IMG/VR virus record: IMGVR_UViG_3300045257_000186
Coordinates: 1 to 53,836 of that record
DNA length: 53,836 bases
DNA from: a virus
Lineage: Duplodnaviria; Caudoviricetes
Reading direction: 5' to 3' (one strand)
In this document: piece after piece, positions 39,693-50,875 of the stretch
How the letters are laid out: every line of letters begins with the position of its first letter
Position numbering within the stretch: position 1 is the stretch's first letter
Notes under the pieces: model-generated
Told to the model about the DNA's origin: nothing
The model's database searches: none
Seen by the model: the letters and a program-made list of their open reading frames with translations, nothing else
Made by a program: the position numbers and the translations under genes

Positions 39693-39890
39693 TTAGATTT
39701 TGTGTGCGGAATAGTAATAATCGGCCGTCCGGTATGGGGAGGCATTCCGATTTGTGGTTAGTTCCTTTGCTAACTTTTCGGCCTCTTGCAAAGACTCAAA
39801 GATTTGCCTTTTGCCGTTCCGTTTTAGCCATGCCTCGCGATGGCCAGTAACGCCCCCTGACACTTGGCACCATATTGCAAACATTGTCAT
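39693..39890 (-). CDS. hypothetical protein, paralogue of 38356-38565
   Basis: See paralogue; AAGGGGA RBS. Confidence 0.6.
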   Translation of the reverse strand: MTMFAIWCQVSGGVTGHREAWLKRNGKRQIFESLQEAEKLAKELTTNRNASPYRTADYYYSAHKI

Positions 39891-39921
39891 TCCCCTTGTG
39901 TTGCGGCCGGCAAGCCGCGTT

Positions 39922-40149
39922 TCAAACCGGATCATTCCGGTTCGATTGGTGATAATTAAACTCAGCGTCCAATAGGGCGCCACGGAACCCAAGCCCATAG
40001 AGCACGGCGCGGAACACGACCGGGCTGATTTGAGTCGCGCGATATTGCGCCACAGCTACACCTAGCCTCCAATCCCATAGCGCGGCCGCGTCGGGATCGA
40101 TCTTGCTGCGCAGATAGGCGTCATAGTCAGGCATCGTTTCGCCCTCCAT
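39922..40149 (-). CDS. hypothetical protein
   Basis: ORF in the leftward early run. Confidence 0.5.
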   Translation of the reverse strand: MEGETMPDYDAYLRSKIDPDAAALWDWRLGVAVAQYRATQISPVVFRAVLYGLGFRGALLDAEFNYHQSNRNDPV

Positions 40150-40185
40150 TAGAGAGGCGCGGTCGATTAAGACCGCGCCATGATG

Positions 40186-40488
40186 TTAACCTTGCAGTTT
40201 AGGCGCAATCCAGCAGTCGAACGTTTGCTGTGCCGCTGCGAGTTCATCGGCTGTGAAGCGGTCACGGAAGGTAAGGGCGACCATGCACCAATCGCAGTCC
40301 TCTTCGAACCATCCTTCTAACCCTTGCTGATTAAAGCTTGCTCGTTTCCAAGCGTATGGAATGTCGGCAAGGATTTTGCGGCTTACCTTAAAACCGCCGT
40401 GCGACGGCGTGCTTACGAAATGGATATAACCGTCTGAGCCGCGTGGCTCGGAACTATCGGCATATCCCCAAGGGGTAGATTGTGACAT
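40186..40488 (-). CDS. conserved hypothetical protein (DUF7007-like)
   Basis: 'TPWG..STPSHGGF..WFEEDCDW'; GAGGA RBS. Confidence 0.6.
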   Translation of the reverse strand: MSQSTPWGYADSSEPRGSDGYIHFVSTPSHGGFKVSRKILADIPYAWKRASFNQQGLEGWFEEDCDWCMVALTFRDRFTADELAAAQQTFDCWIAPKLQG

Positions 40489-40789
40489 TTAATCCTCTCG
40501 TGTTTGAGCCGCGCGGCAACGCGGCATCACGTTATGAATAAACAACAAGGAAACAAAAGGCAATAGATTATTTTAAGCCCCGCAAAAGAAACCTGTGGAT
40601 AAGTCGGGACGGAAAGAGAACGCGGCCCAATGCCCCAAACCCTCACTTTGTTCTCATAGGGTTCGCTCCATTGTCGCCCAACCTTGATTTTTACCGCGCT
40701 CTCCCCCACACAATACACTTGCAAACACCATAGAGGAGCGGTCTCGGCGCCGGCGCTGCGAGCGCCGCGCCGCGCGCGTAATAAATACA

Positions 40790-41401
40790 ATGGCGCTGGA
40801 AATCAGACGGCAAGAGATTTTCGCGTTTAACGTCGCTCACGGCAAAACACTGTCCGAAGCTTATGTAATTGCCGGATACGCAAAAAGCGCAGCAAACGCC
40901 TGCAATCTCGCTAAACGACCGGAAGTCGCCGCACGAATACAGGAAATCAGTGTCGAAATCGCAGAGGCAGCAAAAAGCCGGTCTATGGTCACAGCTGACC
41001 GTGTTTTGAGCGAATTGGCGCGCATCGGCTTTGCTGATGTGACGCAAGCCGTGCAGGTTAGGCGCGGACGCGTAAAGATCAAGGATACCGATGACTTAGC
41101 GCCAGACCTCCGCGCCGCGCTGTCTGAGATCAGGCAGGGGCGCGAGGGGACAACGGTAAAGTTCCATGATAAGGTTAGAGCGTTGGAATCATTGAGCAAA
41201 CACTTAGGACTGACGCGCGAAAACATTGACTTGAACGTGACCATTAGCCTGGTCGATCTAGTCAACGGCAGCTATGCCATCGAGCGGGGCGAGGTCCAGG
41301 CGCCGACCATTGAGCACCGGGCGGACGATGTTCCCCATGCGATCCCCAGCGATGAGCAGGCTACGTCTGACCCCAACAAGATCAACGACTTAGACCGCTA
41401 G
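40790..41401 (+). CDS. terS: terminase small subunit
   Basis: 'QEIFA..AYVIAGY..A.NL...P.VAARI', 'TADRVLSELARIGF', 'VKFHDKVRALESL.KHLG'. Confidence 0.85.
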   Translation: MALEIRRQEIFAFNVAHGKTLSEAYVIAGYAKSAANACNLAKRPEVAARIQEISVEIAEAAKSRSMVTADRVLSELARIGFADVTQAVQVRRGRVKIKDTDDLAPDLRAALSEIRQGREGTTVKFHDKVRALESLSKHLGLTRENIDLNVTISLVDLVNGSYAIERGEVQAPTIEHRADDVPHAIPSDEQATSDPNKINDLDR

Positions 41402-41556
41402 ACCATCAGTCTATCAAACTGATGCAAGGCCGCGAAACGCCCCCACGCGCCGGCCACAGACCGAGTTCGGGGGGCGGGGTGCCGGCTCGCTGCCACGACC
41501 ACCCTCTAAGCCCACATTCTGCTGAAAATTTTCTAGTTACTTTGGCCTTTTTGGTA

Positions 41557-41603
41557 TTAAGTCTTAACTTGACACTAAGACTTAACAGCATTAGGACTTA
41601 ACA
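41557..41603 (+). promoter_or_regulatory. operator-like repeats around a TTGACA -35
   Basis: TTAAGTCTTA / TAAGACTTAA inverted repeat flanking TTGACA (41569-74), plus a third half-site TAGGACTTAACA. Confidence 0.55.
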
Positions 41604-41605
41604 TC

Positions 41606-43643
41606 ATGCAGAAACCGGAGTGCAGGCTATGCCATCATCGACACTGGCCGAGCGAAGACCATGTTTGGGGCGACGCCCGGAGTTCATTGCCGGCTGGTGG
41701 GTCTGCCGTAAGTGCTCCGGCGAAGCCTTTAAAATCAATATCTGTGACGACGGGAGCGCGGTCATCATCTGCGCCAACGGCGAGTGCGGGCAGTTCTGGA
41801 CCGCACGGACCATCGCGGTTCGACCGTAAGGCTTATCAGCGGGAATACATGCGCGAGTATATGCGGAAGCGAAGGGAGAAGAGCAAATGATGAAGAAGTT
41901 ACCAGCCGAGGCGATATTGGGAGAACGAGCCACATCAGTACCGCAGCGTGGAGAAACCCTCCCGCTCCGATGTGCGCGGTGCCGAAAGGATAGCTTCTGG
42001 TTCTGCTACGACGCAGGAGATCCCTGCGCCCGCCTCGTCTGCCAAGAATGCGGAGCGATCCAAATCGTCTGGATCGACCGCACGGGCATACCAACGCGAG
42101 AATGTGTGGAAACGGATAGCGGTGTCGAAAGACGGACGCGGTTAGCGCGGGAGCGGATGCGCCGCTGGCGAGCGCGGCAATTATGGCAGGCCGCCAATCC
42201 GGACGCGGTACAGGAGAAGGGTGAATGATCGGAAGTCCGAGCAAAGTGAAGCCGAGTGCGCGGTTAAAAAGGTTGCGGTGGAGGTGGCCGAAGTTGGAGA
42301 GTGGGGTTTTTGGTCGTTCGCCTGCGGCTGACGCATTGCGGGCGATAAAGGACTTGCCTGACCCAAAAGCGTTTGTGACCGTGCGGACTAAGGTTCCGGA
42401 TGATGCTTGGCGCGATTTGTACGGGCGCTCTCCTGCAATGGAGGCATTACCGCATCTGAGGGCGTGGAATGATTTGCCGGTGGCGGAGCGGGTAAAAGCT
42501 TCGTCGGCGCTTATGCGCGAGGAGTTGCAATGTCCGGAATGCGAGCGGCGTAAGCGGTTGGCGCGGGAGCGGGCGCGGCGGTTTAGGGCGAAGCGGCAAG
42601 AGAAGCGGTGGCAGGACGAGCTTGATGCGGATGTAGCGGCTGCGCTGCGTGGTAGGACAGATAGAGTAGTCCGAGTTAAAGCGCCCCGACGGCCAAAGCG
42701 TAAGGGGGGAAAATAACCATGCTCTACGATGGCCGCTTTGAACCGCTCACTAATGAGCAGAAGGAATAGGGGATGACATGAGCTTTGAGGAAGACGCCGT
42801 TCGCGACCTTAGAAAATTAAAAGCCGAAATCTCCAGATTGCGTCTGAGCTATCGGGAAATGTGCGACTGCGCGGAAGAATGGGAAACCACAGCCGAGCGA
42901 TTGCAGGCGGCGCTTGAGGAAGTCGCCCGCATAGCAGAGAACGGTCATGGTGCGGTAGGCGCTTCTATTGCCTCTGACATTCGCAAACTTAGCGAGGGGT
43001 GACATGAACGACACATCAAAGATCACGGTCTGCCTACAGTGCCATCGTGCATGGGAAGGAACCGAATTTGCGTTCAAGTGCGGCGGTAATCTTTGCCACT
43101 TCGAGGTCCGCGCAAAAGCCCGCAAGACGCTCGCTAATGAGCAGAAGGATTAAAATGCGCTGGCTAATCGGACCGACTGCTCTTGTCGCTATATGGTCTT
43201 TCTATTTGTGGCACACGCACCAACTGTTGCTAGGAGATTAGGGGATGACATCTAATTGGAAAACACAAGTTAAGGCTGCGAACTATGACAGACTGCAAGC
43301 CGATAACGCAAAGCTGCGCACGGCGCTTGAGAAATTGCTAAAAGATCACGAGGGCTTTTTCGGCAAGGAGTCCATATCCGAATGGAAGGGCGTTATTGCA
43401 GCCCGCAAGGCGCTCGCCGAGCAGCAGAAGGAATAAGGCGTGCCCCTCACCATGACCAAGCTGACTGATTTGATGGGCCGCGACGTCTATATCGTCGATG
43501 CCTGGATCACACGCATCGGCGACATCCCGAGCAACGAATCCGCATTAACCGCTAAATGCAAGGTTTGGATGAGCGACGGCTTCCTGTATGTTCGGGAGAC
43601 CAAGGAAGAGGTCGTCCAGAAATTGCGCGCGCCAAACTTCTAG
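41606..43643 (+). other. run of small hypothetical ORFs (41606, 41887, 42225, 42778, 43245, 43440), several with Cys motifs or Arg-rich helices
   Basis: Tightly packed, coupled + strand ORFs with RBSs between terS and terL. Confidence 0.55.
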
Positions 43644-43991
43644 GGAACCTAGGCCACGACACGGGACCACGATATCAGCATGGGGCGGGATAGGGTGAAT
43701 AATGTGCGCGATGCCGTGGTGCATTTCTTTGAGAAAGCCGGAATACCGCGCTCCGATGCGTTTATGCTGATGCAGGCGATCGAGCGGTTCATCGACGCCA
43801 AGATACAGGAGCCGAAATAGTGGCTGACGCCGCTGAGTGTGACCATGATTGGCACGAAAACTCACTCCGCGTGTCTTCGCTTGCCGACGGCTACTATTCT
43901 AAAATGAAATACAGACATTGCCAAAAATGTGGCAGGGTGGAGTGGCTGGCCTTACCGGTAAATGACTGGGGTGTGTTCCGGGCCGATCAAG

Positions 43992-45485
43992 ATGCCTGAC
44001 GTCGCCGAACTAAGGGCCATGGACAACGTGCGGCGCTGGCGGCAGTCGCCCGCAACCATGGTGCGCGAGTTGTTCCACGCCAATCCCGACCCTTGGCAAG
44101 AGGAAGCTCTCGAATGCTACGCAAAAGTACCCCGATTAGCCATGAAAGCCTGCAAAGGGCCTGGAAAGACATGCGTGCTGGCTTGGATCGCCTGGAACTT
44201 CTTGCTGACGCGGCCGCAGCCAAAAGTGTTGGCAACATCAATTTCGGGGGACAACTTAGCGGACGGATTGTGGACGGAGATGGACTTGTGGCGTGGGAAG
44301 TGTCCATTAATACAAAAGCATTTCGAGTGGACGAAAACTAGGATTTATCACCGTGGCAAATTCGAGACGACGTGGTGGATGGCGGCTCGGCAATGGAGCC
44401 AGAGTGCAGATAAGAGCCAGCAGGCAAACACCCTTGCCGGACGGCACGCAGATTACATTCTATTCCTGCTCGACGAAAGCGGTGGAATACCTGACGCTGT
44501 TATGGTCACGGCGGAGGCGGCGCTTTCTTCGTGCGTCGAGGGTCATATTGTCCAAGCGGGAAACCCCACCCACCTGACCGGCCCGCTCTATCGCGCCTGC
44601 TCGCTCGAGCGCGCGCAGTGGAAGGTCATCGAGATCACCGGCGACCCGGACGATCCGAAACGTTCCAGCCGCATATCCAAAGCCTGGGCCAAGCAGATGA
44701 TCGAGCTGTGGGGGCGCGAACACCCCTACGTCATGGTCAACGTGCTCGGCAAGTTCCCGCCGTCCTCGTTCAACGCCCTGATCGGACCAGACGAATGCCG
44801 CGAGGCACAACGCCGCTTCTATCGCGATTTCGAACTCGGCAACGCGCCCAAGGTGCTCGGCGTCGACGTTGCCCTGTTCGGCGACGACCAGAGCGTGATC
44901 GCCTACCGCCAGGGCTTGCAAATGTTCCCTTTCAAAAAGTACCGCAACCTCCAACCATCAATGGGAGCGTCCATTGTCTCTCGCGAGTGGCAAGATTTTA
45001 ACGCGCAAACCGCCTTTGTGGATGCGACTGGCGGAGCCGGAGCCGGATGGGTCGACGGACTACTGTTATTGGGACGGGCGCCTGTTGGCGTTCAATTCTC
45101 GGGGCAGGCTCACGAAAATCAACGATATGCCAATAAAAGAGCTGAAATGTATTTCGAGGCGGTCGAGTGGATCAAGCGTGGTGGTGCGCTTCCCCCGGAC
45201 GACAGGCTGATCGAGCAATTGACCGCTACCACCTACACCTACGAAAAACGCGGCGACCGCTTCCTGATCGAGCCAAAGGATATGGTGAAGAGCAAGCTGA
45301 ACGGGAATAGCCCCGACGAGGCCGACGCCTTCGTGCTCACCTTTGCCGAACCGGTTATGGCGATCGACCAAAAAGGACGGCCCAGACATTCCTATGAGTA
45401 CAATCCTTTCAGCGAAATGAATAAAGGGGAAGGTGTCGTCAGTCGCTTTCAATTCGAGTATGACCCGTATCGCGATACGCCCTGA
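43992..45485 (+). CDS. terL: terminase large subunit
   Basis: 'PDPWQ', Walker A-like 'KACKGPGKT', Walker B 'LFLLDES', 'AGNP', nuclease 'LGVDVA..GDD', 'SPDEADA'. Confidence 0.92.
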   Translation: MPDVAELRAMDNVRRWRQSPATMVRELFHANPDPWQEEALECYAKVPRLAMKACKGPGKTCVLAWIAWNFLLTRPQPKVLATSISGDNLADGLWTEMDLWRGKCPLIQKHFEWTKTRIYHRGKFETTWWMAARQWSQSADKSQQANTLAGRHADYILFLLDESGGIPDAVMVTAEAALSSCVEGHIVQAGNPTHLTGPLYRACSLERAQWKVIEITGDPDDPKRSSRISKAWAKQMIELWGREHPYVMVNVLGKFPPSSFNALIGPDECREAQRRFYRDFELGNAPKVLGVDVALFGDDQSVIAYRQGLQMFPFKKYRNLQPSMGASIVSREWQDFNAQTAFVDATGGAGAGWVDGLLLLGRAPVGVQFSGQAHENQRYANKRAEMYFEAVEWIKRGGALPPDDRLIEQLTATTYTYEKRGDRFLIEPKDMVKSKLNGNSPDEADAFVLTFAEPVMAIDQKGRPRHSYEYNPFSEMNKGEGVVSRFQFEYDPYRDTP

Positions 45486-45518
45486 CCTGTTATAAGCCGA
45501 ACACTAAAGGGTGTTCGC

Positions 45519-46073
45519 ATGACACGGCCCGTCATATTTCGCTTTCTCTACGGAATGTGGGGCCCGCTCACTGACCCCGGTGCCCGCGAGTTCACCGACA
45601 AGGTAAAAGCCCTCGACGTAGGAGTACCGATCGACGTCGGCGAATCTCCCTATCGCGACTTCGACATTGCCAAGATCGCCAAGGATTTTACCGACGCACC
45701 ACCCGACGCCATCCGGCTCGGCGGCGGCTCATCGCTCGGCGCCAACAATATCGCCGCGATCGGCCAGTACGCGCCCTCCGTCACGATCCACGGTATTTGG
45801 GGCTTCCAAGCATCCGACGATGGTCTGAAAGCAGTGCTCGGCTCGACTTACGAGGGCGTCGCCAAGACAGTCCTGTTCGCTCACGAGGTCTATAATCCGG
45901 TCTGGCTGCAAACAATCGGGTTCGGTCACTACGAGTGGGTGCGCGCGCCGGGCAACATGCGGACCGGGCTCCGCGCTGACAAGCGGTACGACTTTCATCC
46001 GGGCGAGACCGAAGAGATACAGGCGATGTATCTGGCGGAAATCCAGCGCGTCATAGCCAAACCAGGAGATTGA
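45519..46073 (+). CDS. alpha/beta-hydrolase-like protein
   Basis: G-x-S-x-G-like 'GGSSLGA' and C-terminal His. Confidence 0.45.
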   Translation: MTRPVIFRFLYGMWGPLTDPGAREFTDKVKALDVGVPIDVGESPYRDFDIAKIAKDFTDAPPDAIRLGGGSSLGANNIAAIGQYAPSVTIHGIWGFQASDDGLKAVLGSTYEGVAKTVLFAHEVYNPVWLQTIGFGHYEWVRAPGNMRTGLRADKRYDFHPGETEEIQAMYLAEIQRVIAKPGD

Positions 46074-46074
46074 T

Positions 46075-46284
46075 GTGGCCGCACCCGTCATTCCGAACAC
46101 TGGCCCGCAGACCGTCACCGTCCTCACCGGCAACGAATTGATCTATTTCGAGTACGGCTCGCAGGACTTGCAGCGGATTAAGGCGTCGGACCTAGCTACC
46201 TATATCGCGACATTCCTTGCCGGGGCGACCGGCGCAACGGGGGCCACCGGTGCTACGGGTCCAGCCGGACCGACAGGCGCGTAA
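46075..46284 (+). CDS. minimal collagen-like fibre (shared N-terminal module + short GXT tract)
   Basis: Near-duplicate of the start of the next gene. Confidence 0.65.
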   Translation: MAAPVIPNTGPQTVTVLTGNELIYFEYGSQDLQRIKASDLATYIATFLAGATGATGATGATGPAGPTGA

Positions 46285-47292
46285 ATGGTTGCGCCGATCA
46301 TTCCGAATATCGGGCCGCGAACGCTCACTACGCTCACCGGTAATGAACTCGTCTATCTCGAATATGGCTCTCAGGAGCTTCGGCGCATGAAGATATCGGA
46401 TTTGGCGGCTTATATTTTTAGTTGTCGAGCCGGGCCGACGGGGGCAACAGGCGCGACGGGGGCAACAGGCGCAACTGGTCCCGCCGCATATACCGTCAAG
46501 GCGACCCGCTTCGATGCAACCGGCACGGGGCCGAACGGCACCGGCGGCGACAACGGGACCATGATAGATTTGGCCTCCGACGCAGCGGTTGCAACGAGCG
46601 CGGCAACGGCAAGTTGGGCAGGCTGGATGAAGCTAGGAACTGCGCCCAAAAACGGTACCCAACTCTTCACCAGCGGCGCTATTTTTACCAATTCGGCTGG
46701 CACGTTTTATCTCTCGAGCACCACCTTCAACGTCGTCGCCAACCCGACAGACCTTTACGACAGCTTTAACCAGAATAGCCCGGCCGCGTACTACCCCGCC
46801 GCGTCGCAAGCTGGTGTGCTATCGGAAAATACTTGGTGCTGGCTGGCCGGCAATGCCGACGTCGGCCATGCCGCAGGAGCGCGGACCAATCTGCAATATC
46901 TGGGCGATACCGCCGTTGTGATGACCAGTGCGTTTTCCGGCAATACGGAGACCGGCTCTGCGTTCGTTATTCCGTTCGCCGGCGGCAAAACCGAAATCTC
47001 GGCCTCCTTGGGAGCGGTCATTGATTTTGCCGAGTTGTTCCTGTGGCCCGGTCAGTTGATCGATTGGAGCCAAGTTAGCAACCGGCGCCTGCTCTTCGGC
47101 GCCAACGGCAAGCCGGTCAACCCAGCTGGAGCGATCTCAGCATTTGGTGCGCCTGCGGTTTTCCTCAGCGGCGGTGCAGCGAGTTTCGTCACAAACCAAG
47201 GCAACGGTGGCACGTTCTCACTTTATAAGAACCTTAATACTCCTGCCCTTGGCGGCGTATTATCCGACGCGCCAACCAGCCCGAGCGATTAA
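46285..47292 (+). CDS. fibre protein with short collagen linker and LamG-like head
   Basis: 'PIIPNIGP' module, GAT repeats, 'ASWAGWMK..WCWL..DFAEL'. Confidence 0.7.
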   Translation: MVAPIIPNIGPRTLTTLTGNELVYLEYGSQELRRMKISDLAAYIFSCRAGPTGATGATGATGATGPAAYTVKATRFDATGTGPNGTGGDNGTMIDLASDAAVATSAATASWAGWMKLGTAPKNGTQLFTSGAIFTNSAGTFYLSSTTFNVVANPTDLYDSFNQNSPAAYYPAASQAGVLSENTWCWLAGNADVGHAAGARTNLQYLGDTAVVMTSAFSGNTETGSAFVIPFAGGKTEISASLGAVIDFAELFLWPGQLIDWSQVSNRRLLFGANGKPVNPAGAISAFGAPAVFLSGGAASFVTNQGNGGTFSLYKNLNTPALGGVLSDAPTSPSD

Positions 47293-47294
47293 CG

Positions 47295-47651
47295 ATGACG
47301 GCGAGCCGCGGCAACCAGATCGTCGACAAGCTACGCGGCGACGAACTGTTCTCGTGCGACAATGACGCCAAGAAGATCACGGCGCGCGATCTGCGCGCCT
47401 ATCTCGGCGGCGACCGCGCCGCACCGGCGATCCGGCCGGAAGGCGGCGCTCATCCGGTCCGGGCCAGCGAGTTCCCCAACGCCGAACACGCCATGCAGGA
47501 CGCCGACAGGATTTTAGGCTTGCAGGACGGGCTGAACGTCAATTTCTCCAAGGAACAAATCACCCGTCTTATTTTCCCGCCCACATTTGATCCGCACGTT
47601 CCCGGCGCGCTGTGGAACGACAACGGCACCCCGAAAATCTCCGAGGGATAA
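47295..47651 (+). CDS. hypothetical virion protein, paralogue of 20630-20974
   Basis: See paralogue; C-terminal '[14 protein letters not shown]' motif. Confidence 0.7.
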   Translation: MTASRGNQIVDKLRGDELFSCDNDAKKITARDLRAYLGGDRAAPAIRPEGGAHPVRASEFPNAEHAMQDADRILGLQDGLNVNFSKEQITRLIFPPTFDPHVPGALWNDNGTPKISEG

Positions 47652-47652
47652 C

Positions 47653-48405
47653 GTGGCGCAAGGTCCCGTCGACCGGATCGACACGCTCTACGGCGATGAG
47701 TTCTTCGTCGTCAGCGGCGATGGCTACGACCGCAAGCAAATAACCGCCGCCAACGTCAAACGCTTCCTCCGCGGCGGCGCAACCGGTGCCACCGGGCCGA
47801 TGGGGCCGACCGGAGCTACCGCAGGCAATACCGGCGCAACAGGCACGAAAGGCGATCCCGGCAAGCCAGGCAATACCGGCGCTGCGGGGGCGACCGGTGC
47901 AGGTGAGCCAGGGCCGGCTGGCGCGACCGGTCACACAGGACCCAAGGGGGCCACAGGTCCGACAGGTCCGCACGGATCGGGCGAAACCGGGGCGATTGGC
48001 CCGCAAGGCAACACCGGCAACACCGGACCGCCTGGGCCGCCCGGTCGTGGCGATCCCGGCCCTAAGGGTGCGATCGGGATCGCAGGAGTGCCGGGATACG
48101 ATGGTGCAACCGGCGCAACCGGACCCGCCGGCACTACCGGGAATACCGGCGCACCCGGACCAGCAGGGTCCGCCGCGACAGGATCAGCCGGCAACACAGG
48201 AGCCACGGGACCAAAAGGGGACATCGGTTCGGGCGCGACAGGATCGACTGGCGCAACTGGCGTTGCGGGCAACACGGGCAACACCGGCCCGCCCGGCCCG
48301 CAGGGCGCGGCATGGGAAGGCCCGATCATCCCGCCCACATTTGATCCGCACATTCCCGGCGCGCTATGGAATAATGGCGGCGTCCCGATGATTTCAGCAG
48401 GCTAA
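47653..48405 (+). CDS. collagen-like protein
   Basis: GXY repeats including GPP/GDP; C-terminal '[14 protein letters not shown]'. Confidence 0.75.
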   Translation: MAQGPVDRIDTLYGDEFFVVSGDGYDRKQITAANVKRFLRGGATGATGPMGPTGATAGNTGATGTKGDPGKPGNTGAAGATGAGEPGPAGATGHTGPKGATGPTGPHGSGETGAIGPQGNTGNTGPPGPPGRGDPGPKGAIGIAGVPGYDGATGATGPAGTTGNTGAPGPAGSAATGSAGNTGATGPKGDIGSGATGSTGATGVAGNTGNTGPPGPQGAAWEGPIIPPTFDPHIPGALWNNGGVPMISAG

Positions 48406-48407
48406 CG

Positions 48408-49949
48408 ATGCCCCCGCCCGTCATCCCGAACCCAGGTGTAGAGATCGTTACCGACCTGTTCGGCGATGAACTGTTCATCTTCGAGTCTGGGTCGCAGCAG
48501 ATCAAAGAGGTCACCGCCGCCAATCTCAAACGCTTCTGTGGCGGCGGCGGTACCGGCGACGGCAATACCGGAGCGACAGGGGCCACAGGCGCAACGGGAG
48601 CTACAGGCAACGACGGCAATACCGGGGCGACCGGGTTAACTGGCGTAAACGGCGTCACGGGAGCAACAGGCGCGGCTGGGACTACCGGCAGCACGGGTTC
48701 GACTGGGCCAACGGGCGCTGCCGGCACGACAGGAAGCACGGGGCCGACCGGGGCCGCCGGCCAAACCGGATCGACCGGCCCAACAGGCGCACAAGGTAAT
48801 ACTGGTAATACCGGGACCGCTGGCGCGAATGGCAATACCGGTGCCACCGGACCAACCGGTGCGGCAGGGCAGACCGGATCGACGGGTCCGACTGGCGCGC
48901 AAGGCAATACGGGGAACACTGGCGCTGCTGGCACCACCGGTTCGACTGGTTCGACAGGCCCCACGGGAGCCCAAGGAAATACGGGTAACACGGGTGGAAC
49001 AGGAGGCACCGGAGTCACCGGCAATACCGGTGGGACGGGTGGGACTGGCGCCACGGGAAATACCGGTGCCGCACAACCTTTCACTTGGAACTACTCGACG
49101 ACGACCACTATGGCGTCGCCCGGTACCGGGTTCTTCCGTGCCGACAACGCGACCTGGGCCAGCGTCGCTAATCTCGCGGTCATGGACACCACTGCGGACA
49201 CCGGCAATCCAGACGTTCACGCTTATCTGGAAGCCATCCCGGTCGGGTCAACGCTCTTCATCAAGGACATCACGACTCTTGGCGCGATCGCCATCTTTAC
49301 CGTCACCACCGTAACCCCGCAGGGCTCGCATACTTGGACCCAATACGCCGTCACCTTCGTCAGCCAAACCGGCACATTCACCAATAACGACAATTGCCAG
49401 ATTTCGTTTGCCGGGCCGAAGGGAAATACCGGAAACACGGGCGGGACCGGAGGAACCGGAGCGACTGGGAATACCGGGGCCGCCGGTACGACCGGCCCGA
49501 CGGGGGCTCAGGGTAATACGGGTGGCACAGGCGGAACTGGACAAACCGGGGCAGCGGGGACCACGGGACCGACCGGTGCGCAAGGAAACACGGGAAATAC
49601 GGGAGGAACCGGGGGCACCGGTGGGACTGGTGGCACTGGTGCTACCGGCGCCGGCTACGCCGTCGGCGCAACGGTCGATTTCAAGTTTTCCACCAAGATC
49701 AACGGCGTGCCGACAAGCCTGACTGGTTCTGCCGCGATCAGCGTGTACCAGGGCGGCAATTCTACGCCGTTCACGACAGGCGTTAGCTTGACGACGGACT
49801 ACAATAGCACCGTGGGATTGAATGACGTTTCGATCGGAGCGACCGGTGCTAATTATACCGCAGGCCATGACTACGACGTGGTGATTACCACGGGGACGGT
49901 CGGTGGTATAAGTCAGGTTGGGACAGTGGTGGGGCACTTTACGCTATGA
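48408..49949 (+). CDS. collagen-like fibre protein with two GXT tracts and two globular domains
   Basis: 'PVIPNPG' module, GXT repeats; C-terminal domain paralogous to 51797-52138. Confidence 0.8.
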   Translation: MPPPVIPNPGVEIVTDLFGDELFIFESGSQQIKEVTAANLKRFCGGGGTGDGNTGATGATGATGATGNDGNTGATGLTGVNGVTGATGAAGTTGSTGSTGPTGAAGTTGSTGPTGAAGQTGSTGPTGAQGNTGNTGTAGANGNTGATGPTGAAGQTGSTGPTGAQGNTGNTGAAGTTGSTGSTGPTGAQGNTGNTGGTGGTGVTGNTGGTGGTGATGNTGAAQPFTWNYSTTTTMASPGTGFFRADNATWASVANLAVMDTTADTGNPDVHAYLEAIPVGSTLFIKDITTLGAIAIFTVTTVTPQGSHTWTQYAVTFVSQTGTFTNNDNCQISFAGPKGNTGNTGGTGGTGATGNTGAAGTTGPTGAQGNTGGTGGTGQTGAAGTTGPTGAQGNTGNTGGTGGTGGTGGTGATGAGYAVGATVDFKFSTKINGVPTSLTGSAAISVYQGGNSTPFTTGVSLTTDYNSTVGLNDVSIGATGANYTAGHDYDVVITTGTVGGISQVGTVVGHFTL

Positions 49950-50875
49950 GCAATGTCAGCTTTCCGCTAACCGACGTCCAAGTCTTTACCAGCGGCTCAG
50001 GCAATTGGACTAAGCCGCAATGGGCGACGCTGGTGCAGGCGATCTGTGTTGGTGCGGGCGGTTCCGGCGGAGGGGGAACCTTTACCGCTACTGGAGCTAG
50101 TGGCACCGGCGGCGGCGGCGGCGGCGGCGCCGCGGCGCCGCTCATCGCGTTTTTCCAACCGTCGGACCTTGGGTCCACCGAAGCTTATGCTGTCGGTGCC
50201 GGCGCAATTGGCGGCACTGGAAGCACGGCCGGCACAGGCGCCTCGGGGACCAACGGCGGAAATTCGACTTTTGGCGGCACCACGGTAGCAATCCAGACAG
50301 CCTATGGCGGCGGCGGCGGCGGCGGCGGCACTATCGTCAGCGGCAGTGTTGGCGGCGGCGGCGCTGGCCTCGCTGGTGCCGGCTCGCAAGGTCAAATTTC
50401 CGCCGGAGGCGCCTCCGGTGCCAACGGCGGCGTTGGCGGTTCTGGAAACGGTAGTAGCGCTGGCACCAACATCGGCGGCGGCGGCGGTGGTAGCGTCAGC
50501 AGCGTGTCGCTTCTCGTAGTCACTCCATCGCCGGTTTTCACGGGGGCCGGCGGCGGTGGTGCCGGTGGTCCGAAAACGACAGTGCCGGCTTATGGTGCCG
50601 GCGGCACCGGAGCATCGATCAATAGTGTGTTGCCGGGTGGAGCGGGGGCGGCAGCTTCGACCGGAACGGTTGGCGGCCCCGGCCTCCCTGGACCGTTCGG
50701 AACTCCTGGCTCCGGGGGCGGCGGCGGAGGCGCGAGCGCAACTGTAGCCGGCAATGGCGGCGCGGGCGGTTATCCCGGCGGCGGCGGCGGCGGCGGCGGC
50801 TCGTCGATCACGACAGGAACTTCGGGGAATGGCGGTGCCGGAGCCAATGGCATTGTCGTTGTTATTTCGACATGA
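49946..50875 (+). CDS. glycine-rich fibre-associated protein
   Basis: '[22 protein letters not shown]', 'GNSTFG..AYGGGGG', 'GANGIVVV'. Confidence 0.75.
   Translation: MSNVSFPLTDVQVFTSGSGNWTKPQWATLVQAICVGAGGSGGGGTFTATGASGTGGGGGGGAAAPLIAFFQPSDLGSTEAYAVGAGAIGGTGSTAGTGASGTNGGNSTFGGTTVAIQTAYGGGGGGGGTIVSGSVGGGGAGLAGAGSQGQISAGGASGANGGVGGSGNGSSAGTNIGGGGGGSVSSVSLLVVTPSPVFTGAGGGGAGGPKTTVPAYGAGGTGASINSVLPGGAGAAASTGTVGGPGLPGPFGTPGSGGGGGGASATVAGNGGAGGYPGGGGGGGGSSITTGTSGNGGAGANGIVVVIST

Noticed and set aside
47577-48372. Diversity-generating retroelement (TR/VR pair) from the ~41 bp near-repeat
   Set aside because: No reverse transcriptase is in the window, the repeat is short, and both copies encode the same conserved C-terminal motif.
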